A stretch of DNA of 64,000 nt from the NCBI RefSeq assembly GCF_000143415.4, contig NW_003314261.1, forward strand, positions 5,915,620 through 5,979,619, read 5' to 3'. Numbering within the stretch: the stretch's first letter is position 1; each line of letters begins with the position of its first letter. Below the pieces are notes generated by a model, which was not told the origin of the DNA, searched no databases, and saw only the letters and a program-made list of their open reading frames with translations. The position numbers and the translations under genes are program-made. Positions 37,981 through 49,940 of the stretch are shown here, piece by piece. Origin of the DNA: Selaginella moellendorffii (lineage: Eukaryota > Plantae > Lycopodiophyta).

Positions 37981-39606
37981 TGTGAGACACAAAACCGCTA
38001 GGCCCCAAAGTGGAGCCGAAAGGGTGTCATGTGGTAGTGGCCGAAGCGAAAGCCAGACAAGCGTAACACGTTTGGACTAAAAGCTTCGACTTGAAAGGTC
38101 GAGTGTGGGAGAAGAACTCCCAACGAAGTGCTCAAAGGAACAAGCACGAAACGAACAATAAGTGAGTCTCTAGAAAAGGGACACAAGGGACACAAGAGGA
38201 CCAACACATGACACGTCAAAGAGTCCGAGATGGACCCGAGATGGAGTCCGAGATGGAGTCCGAGATGGAGTTCGAGGTGGACCGAGATGGAGTCTGAGAT
38301 GGAGTCCAAGATGGAGTCCGAGCTAGAGTCTGAGATAGACCCGAGATGGACCCAAGATGGAGTCCGAGGTGGACCCGAGATGGAGTCTGAGTTGGACCCG
38401 AGATGGAGTCCAAGATAGAACCAAGACCGAGACCAAGTCCGAGTCTGAATCCGGGACTGAGATCGAGTTCGAGTCCGAGTCTGAGTCTGAGTTCGAGTTC
38501 GAGTCTGAGTCTGAGTCCGAGTCCGAGTCCGAATACTAATTTAGGCAGTGGTGAAAGCCCAAAACGATTGTCCTCCGGGGGGGGGGGGGATGCGGGGGGC
38601 TGTGGGGGGTTCCAAAAGTATAGTAGGGAGAGTGTGGGGGTTGGAGCCAAGTGGAGCCATTTTGGCCAGGAAAGGCCAGTTTGGCACAGGAAAGGCCAGT
38701 TTGGCACAGGAAAGGCCAGTTTGGCACAGGAAGGCCATACCCAACTATTGGGTGATGGGATGACCATTGAGAAGTCCAAGACTAGAGTGAATACAGACAG
38801 AAAAGCGGGGTAGCTTGGTGAAGTGTTCAAGAGCCGGTTTTAGTTCCCCCGGGAGATCGAGTGGTCGATGCTCCCAGTCCAAGTGTGGGTGGCACTACCT
38901 ACTTGGATACCTGGCGTGGCTCAATAGAACCTTGCTCTAAGCCCATGGCTAGAGCACCCAAGGACGGAAGGCAGGGAGAGTACCTAGGTGGCTTGCGTAA
39001 GGCCACGGTGTTCCAAAATGTTGCCCCAAAGTCCCAGACTGTGGAAAGAGGAGCAGACCTCTAGCGTAGTGACTAAGGAATACAGTAATATGGTGAGGAA
39101 GTCCCAAAGGACATTGGGACTTAGTGGTCGGGCCTGTGGGCCTTGACCCAGTGGCAATGTTGGTGAACACGGCTATAGGTAGGATGGGACTTGGTGGGGA
39201 CTGAAAGAAGGATATTGGGGAAAGTTGTTCCCCTCGTCGGTGGGCATCCTAAGGATGCTAAGGAGTGGATCTGGGATGACCACTCACGGATGGTTAACCT
39301 AGTCTTGGAGAGGCAAGACTGTGATGCAAGTGGTATTAGATTACCAGTGCGGCAAAGGTGATTGGGCATGGCCTTAGCGTAACAAGTTGCTATGTTGGTG
39401 GTACTTTTAAGTGTCGGTCATGGGATTGGACACGTGGAGCACTTGGACCAGGTGCTAAGGTTGAGTGCCGTGGATGCCATTCTCGGGGCTAGCAAGTCCC
39501 AAGTCCTAAATTGGACTTATGGAGGTTGTGAATTGAGACTCTTCCAAGTGGTCGGAGGTGTGGTTAAGTGACTAAAGTAGAATAGAAAATTTAGTCGCTT
39601 ATAATT

Positions 39607-39618
39607 TGGTATCAAAGC
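39607..39618 (+). promoter_or_regulatory. Primer-binding site, tRNA-iMet type
   Basis: TGGTATCAAAGC, 1 mismatch to TGGTATCAGAGC, 3 nt after the LTR end. Confidence 0.85.
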
Positions 39619-41700
39619 TGTTCCTTAGTCCGACTTTTATTAGTGCTCAAGTATATCACTACTGGTGTTGGCATCAGAAAGTCCTAGAAGTGGGCCTATC
39701 CTTGGGGAGTCGCAAGTCGGGAAGACATGGCTCTCCACTACAGTTTATGTGTGAACTTGTAGGCGAGGTGGTGGATAGAAAAGGGCCAATAATGGAACGA
39801 CTTTGGGATCTTGGGAACAGTATAAGGGTTTCCTCAGAGAGTTGAGGATGTGATCCAGATCAGCGTTTGACTCAGCAAATGGGCTAATGTAGTTATGGTA
39901 AACAATTATAGTTGGGATCACGGGAAAGATAGAGATTCCAAAACCATGAAGGAGTCACAAGATTACCCTCATATAGTTGAGGTTAGTGCTCATGAATTTG
40001 AGACCAGAATTAATGACCATGGATGGTCAAATACAAAAGAGGACTCAAGTCCTTAAAATGGTAGCTGGAGCTACCTCTAATAAATGCTAGAACAACCCAA
40101 GGAGTTGGGGGTGTATTTAGAGGATGAGTTGGTATTCTTATCACATGGACAAGTGGTCCTAAGGGGCAAAAGATTGCCCCAAGAGAACAAATCAAGTGTC
40201 GGAGTAACACTTGCAAAGATGGTCCTTATGAGTAGGACTTGAATACAAGAAGTTGTATTCCAATGAGTTGGCACCTCAAAGGTAGGACCTAATGGGTCAT
40301 CGGATGACAAAGTCCAAAAAGCTGGATGACTCAAATAGAGTCAAGAAATAATCCTAAAGGATTGATAGAAGCATTTGGACTGAGGTGCATTGTACCTCAC
40401 GAAGGATGGAGAGGATCATAGGATCCAAGGATGAGAACAGAGGGTATCTCATCGATAGTAGAATGTGCTATGCTAAAGTCGTGGGAAAGGTGTTCCCCAA
40501 AAAGAAAGCAACTTTGGCATAGAGTTGTGTGTGAATACTATATTGTAGTGCTAATTGATAGTTGGCATGAAAAATGACTGTTTTGGTTTTGGCAAAAACC
40601 TAGACACAAGTAAGAAGTGTCATAGAGGTAGGCTTGTGGAGCCGATGGTTTGGAGACACTAAATGTGCCAAAGTGTGAAACCTTGAGGTTATATTGATGG
40701 GTTCATGAGAACCCCTTGCCAAGGGAATCCCAATGGAAACTAGAATGGCATAGCCTAAGCTGGAAGGCATGCGATTGGAGTGTGGTGACCCAAATAATGA
40801 TGGAGGTGTGGAAGCACCAGCAATGAGTTGTAGGACTTGACAACTATAAGGCTACTAAGCAAAAGGTGCAAATAAATTGGTTAAACAGGTAGAAGGTAGC
40901 TACCCAAAACTTCTTAATGGCATAAAGAAGTTGGATATACCCTTATGGGGGATGAATTGCTTATATTACGATATAGTAAGTCAATGTCGTAAAAGAGAAT
41001 GCTCATTGTCAAAGAGGCCATCATTTGGGACACCCAAACACTCTAGAACACTAAGAGGTGGTGTTTATTGTCGCAAGAGCAATAGATAAGGCCCAAGGGA
41101 CTAAGTCCCTAGCAAATGATGGATAGAAGGTGCTATCCAAACGTCCAAGGTTGCGGAGACGGGAGAAGACCGTCTACCCAAATTAGACAAAGCCAAAAAT
41201 AGAATTTTGGCAAGGTTAGTGATAGGCATATAAAAGCCCATAAGTAGCAACATTAATCCCGGTGTGTGGGATTATAAATTGAGCATACTCGAATTGAGGA
41301 ACCACTCCTTAGGCTATCGGGTAAGTTCATCCCTAAGAATATTTGCTAAGGCATGATAGGAAGTGCAAAGGTATCCTCCTAATTTTGAGGAGAATAACCG
41401 GAAGGAATGTATGAGGCCAAAAAGCAAGTAGTAAGGGGATAGAACCAAACCATAGGAATCGAAAGGCATAACCAAGGGTGGTTATGCAAGTTGGGAGTGA
41501 AGAATCAAGGGGGCACTTGAGCTTGTTGTTATTAACAACCGTGATGTCGTAGAAGAGTCTAAAGTATGGAATAGTCCATGTTAGACTATATGGAAATTAG
41601 AAAGCTTATGAAAGGAGAGTCCTCAGTAAGCTAAGGGACAAAAGTCCTTCAAGGTTCCCAAAGACGATTTTAGGTAGCTTAGTACTTAGAAAGGCCAAGT

Positions 41701-44700
41701 TGTTAGGATCCTATCCCTTACACCCTAAGCCAATTGGCTAAAGGGGTGATCACTTGATTGTAGGGCCCTTTCTTTATCCTATTATCCTGACCTGGTGCCT
41801 AACAATCCTCCCCTCGTCAGGGAATGATCGTCCTCGATCATACTTAGGCCATCCTCCGGTCACCATGGTCCTTCTCTTAGGGTCTACCAAACCTTGGTTC
41901 TCCCTCTAGATTCACCATGTTGAATATTCCTTTAGAATATTTTTGCCCCACTCGTCAGCCACGAGAATCGAACTAGGCTCCGATACCATCGTCGGCACCA
42001 CCGTCGGCACCACCATCGATGATAGGATTCCAGCGTTCAGCTTGGTCGGCCATCGCAACCAATTCTCTAAGTAAACCGCAGCCAAGTCTGAGGCAGTGAC
42101 AGTCTTCCGAAGAGCCAACAACCGCACATACTTCGTCAACCGATCCACTATGACCCATACTTGCTCCTTTTGCCTCTGTGTTCGTGGCAAACAAGTGATG
42201 AAGTCCATAGAGATACTACACCAACGGCTCTGAGGAATAGGTAAAGGTTGCAAAAGTCCCCCCGGCTTCTCCCGTGGCACCTTAACCCGCTGACAAAGCT
42301 CGCATGATTTACAATACTTGAGGATATCAGCCTTCATATTCCTCCAATAAAAGTTGCGCTTAATCAACTCATACGTCTTCTTCCCCCCAAAATGACCGGC
42401 CTCTGGACGATCATGATAGTGGAATAAAACTTGAGTAATTAACGCATCCACCCGTGGCAAATAGACACGGCCATTGTAGTAGAGAATCCCATCCACCAAT
42501 GAGAAAGGAGCTTCCATCTGGTCTCGCAAAGAGGCCACCTCAGCATCCTGAGCCTGAGCATGCTCAACCAACTGCCCAAACTCGCTGACCACCTTACTCA
42601 AATGATGACAAAATCGTGTTCGTAACGTCATCACATGACGAACACGAGATAAAGCATCCGCCACCACATTTGATTTTCCCGGACGATGCTCAATAGGAAA
42701 CTCCCCAAACTCCATGAGTTTGACCATCCAACGAGCTTGCCTAGTGTTCAACTCCTTCTGTGTGAAAAGATACACAAGTGGTTTGTGATCTGTCAACACC
42801 ACGAACACTGCACCATAAAGATAGTGCCGCCACGTCCGCAAAGCATGAACAATAGAGAGTAACTCTTGCTCATATGTGGAATAGCGTTGCTCTGCGGAAT
42901 TCAAAGTTCGACTCTCATATGCAATAGGCTGTCCCTCTTGCATGAGAACTCCTCCCAGTGCATAACCACTCGCATCGCATGTCACCTCGTAAGGTTTCGA
43001 TGGATCAGCAATGCGAAGCACTGGAGCCTCGATCAACAATCGTTTCAGCGCCACAAAACTCTCCTCTTGTGGCGTCTTCCACTCGAATGGCACATTCTTG
43101 CGTAACAACCGCGTCAACGGAATAGCCACCTCTGCAAACTTATGCTGGAAACGTCGATAGTAACTAGCCATACCAAGAAAACTGCGCAACTCGGCCACTG
43201 TAGTCGGTGTAGGCCAGTTTTCCACCACAGCCACCTTCCTTGGATCCGTCTTGACACCCTTAGATGTCACAATATGGCCTAGATATTCCACCTCCGACTT
43301 TGCAAATTCACATTTGCTCTTCTTCGCATAAAGTTTGCTGTCTCAAAGTAACAAAAGAACCTTGCGCAAATGCACCCTATGCTCCTCCATATTCTTGCTA
43401 AAAACAAGAATATCATCCAAGAAAATCTCCACAAACTCATGAAGATAACGCCCAAATACCTCCGTCATCAACCGAGTAAATGTGGCCGGTGCATTCGTCA
43501 AACCAAACGGCATAACGGTAAACTCAAAATGTCCGAAGCTTGTGTTGAATGCCGTCTTGGAGATAGATGCATCATCCATTGCAATCTGATGATATCCACT
43601 CCTCAGATCAATCTTGGTAAACACTCGTGCTTCACCAAGCTTGTCTAGGATATCATCCACACGTGGCATCGGCATCTTGTCCTTCACTGTCTTCTTGTTT
43701 AAAGCACGGTAGTCAATACACATCCGCATTGAACCGTCCTTCTTCTTCACAAGCAAGACCGGAGCACCAAACGGAGACTTACTTGGCTGAATAAATCCAA
43801 ACTCAAGTAACTCCTTGACTTGTCGTTGAACTTCTTGCTCCTCCGCATAACTTAACCGAAATGGACGCCGGTAAATTGGCCGCGTCCCCGGCTCCAATGT
43901 AATCCCATGCTCCACACCTCGTAATGGAGGCAATCCATGAGGAAGTTCAGATGGAAAAACATCAGAAAACTCATCAAGTACATCCCGTACTGCTGCTTCT
44001 CCCCCACACGTGCCTTGGTCCCCCAAGTCACGAACAAACAGCAAGTAACTTGAAAGTGCTTTTCCATTACGACAAGCCCGCTTCAAAGATGTAGCAGAGA
44101 GCATAACAACTGGTGGTTGAACGCCCTCGCCAAACCACACATCTTTAACGCCACCATACTCCAGCGAGATACGCTTAATGCTCCACTTTATCTCGGGATC
44201 CACCTTCACCAACCATGGCATCCCAAGAATGAGATCCACACGATGGATATCCGCGAGATAAAAAGTCTCCACAAGTGTGGTTTTGCCAACCAACACTTCC
44301 AGCCCCTCGACACAAGCATCGAAATGCTGAGCAGAGGTAGCTGCACCTTCCACTGTGTATGGAACAACTCCACGTGTGTTCAGGCGATGCTCCGCAACAA
44401 ACTTTGCCGAAACAAAGTTGTCATCGCTCCCACTATCCAGTAAAATCCGCACTGGATCGCCACGGAACACGCCCTCCAGCATTAAAGCTGATTCACGCGT
44501 ATCCTCAAGCTCCATCTTGTTCCACACACAGTTGAGTTGACGAGCAACGATCGAAAGTCTCTTCCTCCGACCGGAATGGTCGTTCTCGTCATCCTCACGC
44601 TGTAAAGCTTGCAACTTTTTAGTATCTGACTTACCGTGAGAAGATGATTGGCCATTCTTCTTGTCCTGCTGCTTGTTCTTCAACTGCGGACAATCAGCCT

Positions 44701-46073
44701 TGTAGTGTCCAAGTTCGCCGCAATGATGACAACCCTGTCTATAATTCTTCACAAAGAACTTCTGCTTCTTGGACCCCTTTGCATCTGAAGTAGTCACCAC
44801 CGACTTCAACTTGTGATGCTTGTTCCCATCCTTGTGTCCACGGCGATCATCACGACGATTCTCGACAGAAGGACTCCGCGAACGCTTGCGAGACTTGTGC
44901 TTGTCATTGTCAAGGCGACGAGCCGCATCAAAGAGCTCCTCCAAACTCTTTGTAGGCTGAGAATGACGCAAGTGTTGCCGCATACTCTCACTATGGAGGC
45001 CATCAATGAAGTAGGATTTGTTCTGATCTGGATCCTTCGTTGGAACACGACTAATCAAGCGAGTAAGCTTCTCAATATAATCCCCGAGCGTCATTTTCCC
45101 TTGCTGAAAATGGCGAAGTTCTGTACGAGCATTCTCCACGTCGTAATGAGGGGCAAAACGTAAACGGAAAGCAGCCTCAAACTCATCCATGGTAGACACT
45201 GGTGGTTTCTTATCCGCAACACGGGACTCCTCAAGCCAATTCCACCATCGAAGACCCGCATCACGCAAAACCATCGGAATAGCCACTAAAGCCTCTGCAT
45301 CTGGAGTTCCTCTAGCAGCCAAGAACTTCTTCACATTGGCTAGCCAAGCGAGACACTCGTCCACACCACCATCACCGGAAAAGGTTGGAATCTTGAGTCG
45401 ATCTACCAAAGAAGGCTTACTTGGAGCGCTACCCCGTCCAGCCTCGAGTGCCTCAACACGCCCACGCATGGTATCCATCATGCCATGCATCTCGTCTTGC
45501 ATCTCTTGCTGATTTTTATTAAGGGCTCGCAGCTCATGAACCACATCTTGAATGGTCCAAATCTCCGCAGCTTCGTTAACATTGGTATCAGAGAGGTCTC
45601 GGGTCCGACTCTGTTGGTTGGCTAAGGGAATCGCACCACATGTTAATTGACATCTGGCTGGTCCAGTTTGCTCCCGCTGGGCTCGACCCGAGGGGTAGGG
45701 TGTCAAGAGAGCGGGGCTCTCGGGAGAGCTGCGGCTCTCAGCTTCCGTTCACGAGGGCGTGAACTTGCAGGGAAGCGTGGTGGATTGTAAGCAACCAAAG
45801 GGAACGACTTGAGAGACGATCCATGGGGTTCAAATATAGAGGGAAAGGGCCCATGAACAAGAGTGCACCCCCTTTTCCAATCGGTTAAGGGTCTTGGGAT
45901 ATTTGGAGTTAAGCGTCCTTGGGTTTGAATAGTACTGGGCTGGGTGACCTCCCGGGAAATCCAAACCATTGTTAGGATCCTATCCCTTACACCCTAAGCC
46001 AATTAGCTAAAGGGGTGATCACTTGATTGTAGGGCCCTTTCTTTATCCTATTATCCTGACCTGGTGCCTAACA
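41701..46073 (-). mobile_element. Young Ty3/gypsy (chromovirus-like) LTR retrotransposon with 104-bp LTRs
   Basis: LTRs 41701-41804 and 45970-46073 (TGTTAGG...CCTAACA, 1 mismatch), 5-bp TSD CAAGT (41696-41700 / 46074-46078), PPT GAGGGGAGGAT at 41805-41815. Confidence 0.97.
41912..45502 (-). pseudogene. gag-pol polyprotein (Gag with CCHC knuckle, protease, RT, RNase H, truncated integrase)
   Basis: [36 protein letters not shown] and SMDF motifs. In-frame TGA at 43343-43345 within RT; integrase core deleted after YLENW; chromodomain-like EYSTW remnant. Confidence 0.95.
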
Positions 46074-47497
46074 CAAGTGTAAATGATTCATAGAACGCAC
46101 GAAATCAAAGTGGCACAACAAAAGCGTGGTCTTGAAGCTTGCCATGAGGCGAGGCTATCAAGATTAGAGAAGTAGTTCCCGAGTGTTCAAAGAGAAGCTT
46201 TGAACAAAAGTCGATAGTCAAAGACTTTCACGCTTATAAATGAACCATGTTACAATAGTAGGAGGACTTGCTAAGCGAGATTGGCAAGTCAAGGGAACAA
46301 GTCAAGGGAGATTGGCAAGTTGAAGGTGCTAACTTCAATAGGGGTGGCCCATGGGGCCAAGCATGGAGGAGTCCATGCATGATCACAGACTTGTCAAGTG
46401 AGAGGACTTGGTAGTGCGGAGGAATTAAGTTCCTAAATTGTGATCAATAACGCGCTTTAAGTATAAGTTGGTGCACTGGTGTGGTGAGTCACGCTAGGCA
46501 TCCTAGGTGATGCCGTCCGTAGATGCATATACGGAAGTTGGGATCGAGTCTTGACCTTCTAGTGCTTGGGTTCGAGTCCCAACTCACTAGGGCATGGTGA
46601 TGGTTTGGAATATGAGGACACTCATTTTTCGGTGGTCATGAACTCTCAGTGTGAAGACTAATTTGGGCACACCGCCAAGTGGGGGATGCCCCGGAGTCGT
46701 GATGCATGGTTAAATTGCTTAGTGTGGCTCAGCATATCTAACTTGAACACTTTGGTGCGAGTGGCACCAAGGACATGGTGAATGAGATGGGGACACTCAG
46801 TCTTAGTTGCTATGGACCCTTAGCTGGAAGGGCTGGCTTGGGCGCACCGCTAATTGTGGGGGATGCCCCCGGGGTTGTAGTCAACAAGTTAAAAGTCTAG
46901 AAGACTTAGTACCTATTAGCAAATCTGTTAAGATGCCAAGGTGGGATCACTAGGTAATCTTGTGGCTAAATAAGGACAAGGTCCTTGTTTGGGTTAAGGA
47001 ATAAGGTTCCTAGTTTAAAGTGGTGACTTGAACTATTGATGATGGTGTGGCTTGGTCAAGGTGACCACGTGGGAAAAGCACCTTAAGGAAATGAGCTATA
47101 TCATAGTGTGTTCAAAGAAAGTAGTTTCTATAAGAGACCCATGGGAGGGTCACAAGTTGGGCCGTAGATAGAGCCCACAACAGAAAATGCTAAAGAGATG
47201 TACTAGGGGTGAACACCCTCTAAACTTGGTAAAGTGGAGCCTTTGCCATGGAAACAAAAAAATACCTCAAGGATGGAAGTAGCAAGCTTATGTTGCTTAA
47301 TGTAACAATCAATGGATAAGATCAAAAGATGAGTGGCCAAGATAGGGCTGTGGAATCCATTGGAAGGAATCCAAGTGGCAAAGTTAGGCAAGGAACACTA
47401 ATGTGTTGGATGCAAATGAATTGCGGGAAAGGAAATGTGTTTCCAACGATGAATTCCGAAATGCTCCAATTTGGCAAAGTGAAAGCTTCAAGGGAAG

Positions 47498-49104
47498 TGT
47501 GAGACACAAAATCCCTAGGCCCCAAAGTGGAGCCGGAAGGGCACCACATGGTAGTGGCTGAAGTGAAAGCCAAACGAGCGTAACACGTTTGGACTAAAAG
47601 CTCCGACTTAAAAGGTCGAGAGCGGGAGTGGAACTCCCAACAAAGTGCTCGAGAAATGAGCACGAAGCGAGGAATAAGCGAGGCTCTAAAAAGGGACCCA
47701 AAAGGACCAACACATGACACGTGGAAGAGTCCAAGATGGAGTCTGAGATGGACCGAGACAGAGTCCGAGATGGAGTCTGAGATGGACTGAGATGGAGTCC
47801 GAGATGGAGTTCGAGATGGACCGAGACAGAGTCAGAAATGGAGTCTGAGATGGATCCGAGATGGAGTCCGACATGGAGTCCGAGATAGACCCGAGATGGA
47901 CCCAAGATGGAGTCTGAGATGGAGTCCGAGATGGACCAAGACGGAGTCCGAGATGGAGTCCGAGATGGACCCGAGATGGAATCTGAGATGGAGTCCAAGA
48001 AGGACCCAAGATGGAGTCCGAGTCCGAGTCCGAGTCCGAGTCCGAGTCCGAGTCTGAGTCCAAGTCTGAGTTCGAGTCTGAGAGAGTCCGAATCTGAGTT
48101 CGAGTCTGAGAGGGTGAAAGCCCAAAGCGTTCATCTCCCACACCCTAGGTGGTTTGGTGAGCTCCAAAAGTATAGTAGAGGGAGGACTGTAGTGGAGCCA
48201 GTTTGGCTAGGAAAGGCCAGTTTGGCCTAGAAAGGCTGTGCCCAGTGTTGGGTGATGAGCTGCCCACTGGGAAGTCCAAGACTAAAGTGAACACGGACCG
48301 ACAAGTGGGGTAGCTTGGTGAACTGTTCAAGAGCCGGCTCTAGTTCCCTTGGGAGATCGACTGGCTGATGCTCCCAATCCAAGTGTGGGTGGCACTACCT
48401 ACTTGAATACCTGGTGTGGCTCAATGGAACCTCACTCTAAGCCTATGGCTAGAGCACCTAAAGGCAGAAGGTGGGGAGAGTACCCACGGGGCTCGCGTAG
48501 GGCCACGGTGTTCCGAAATGTTATCCCAAAGTCCCAGACGGTGAAAAGGAAGAGGAGCAATCCTCTAGTGCAGTGACCAAAGATACGGTCACATGGTGAG
48601 GAAGTCCCAAAGGATAGTGGGATTTAGAGGTTGGACTGCGGGCCTCAATCCAGTGGTAGTGTTGGCGAACACGGCCATGGACAGGAAGGGACTTGGTGGG
48701 GACCAGAAAAGAGATATTGGGGAAGGCTATTCCTCATGTCCGTGGGCATCCTAAGGATGCTAAGGAATGGATCTGGGATGATCACTCATGGACGGATGGG
48801 CCAGTCTTTGAGAGATGGGATTGTGATGTAGGTGGTGTCAAGCCACCGGTATGACCAAGGTGAATAGGCATGGCCTTAGCGTAACGGGCTGATATGTCAG
48901 TGGTACCTTGGGGTGTCGGTCATGGGATCGAACATGTGGAGCACTTGGACCAAGTGCAATGGTTGAGTGGCATGGATGCCATTCTTGGGGCTAGCAAGTC
49001 CCTAAGTCCAAAATAAAACTTATGGAGGTTGCGAGTGAGACTCCTCCAAGTGGTCGGAGGTGTGGTTAAGTGACTAAAGTAGAATGGAAAAATTAGTTGC
49101 TTAC
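47498..49104 (+). mobile_element. Solo LTR of the LARD-like family
   Basis: TG...CA, flanked by 5-bp TSD GGAAG (47493-47497 / 49105-49109); the flanks are contiguous in the minus-strand copy near 36000. Confidence 0.93.
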
Positions 49105-49940
49105 AGGAAGGAGCAGTAAGGTAGCCAAATGATGGGGCCGTGGACAACCCTAGCACAAATTATGATAATTGGAACTTAGTGCCAATGGTGGCACAAAATA
49201 GAAGAGGATGATGGTGCCCTCAAGTAGAGAACTTCCTAGGATGGGGAAATGCAGTTGCACAAAATGTGCAAAGCAGGGTGTCGGAGACACCCAGGAAATT
49301 GACTCCAAGAAGTCAAAATTCAAAATTTTAAAGTGCAAAGGTTATATCGATGGGAACTCAAACTACTCAAGAATGAGTAGTGGGATTGAGTTAGAAAAGG
49401 TGTCTCTAACAGGTTTAGCAAGAAATGAACCAATACAAGGGAGCAAACCACCCTAGGTGGTCGAATGAGTCTCTATGTTGAAGGGACTATCCTCCTTAAA
49501 GCTCTATTTCGTTAAAGTGGGAATTGTCATTATCCCACTTGTAAAATAAGGTTTCCAAACCTTTATATAGTATATAAATATAACAAAATTCAACTGCATT
49601 GAGGCACATGCCATTTTATTTTAAACAAGGAAATGTCTACTCAATCACTTCTCCTCCCCCTGCCACTGCTTCACCTCTCTCTTCTCCTTGTCATCGTCGT
49701 CCAATTTCTTTCCATCCTTTTAATATTGGCTCAGTTGCTCCGAGTCTAGGTGGAGCCCAAGTCCCCATTCAATCTTTACTTTCCCATTATTAATAAAACA
49801 ACTTCGTAGACTTCCAATAACATGCTGTAACACTTCTAGTATAATGCAAATCCTCTCAAGGAATTGTCTTTTAATATTAATACAATGGCATGGAACCCCA
49901 TGCCATAATAAGTTACATTTTTAAATAAATACATGCCATC

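Larger units (their letters stand above)
37981..49501 (+). mobile_element. LARD-like non-coding LTR retroelement (5' LTR 37981-39603, Met PBS, internal region with two nested insertions, 3' end missing)
   Basis: LTR TGTGAGACAC...GCTTA(T/C)A followed by TGGTATCAAAGC; internal region shared with the 35417-37980(-) and 62401-64000 copies; no recognisable long ORF. Confidence 0.85.

Noticed and set aside
47498-49104. 3' LTR partner of the 37981 LTR
   Set aside because: It has its own GGAAG TSD and internal sequence continues on both sides, so it is a nested solo LTR.
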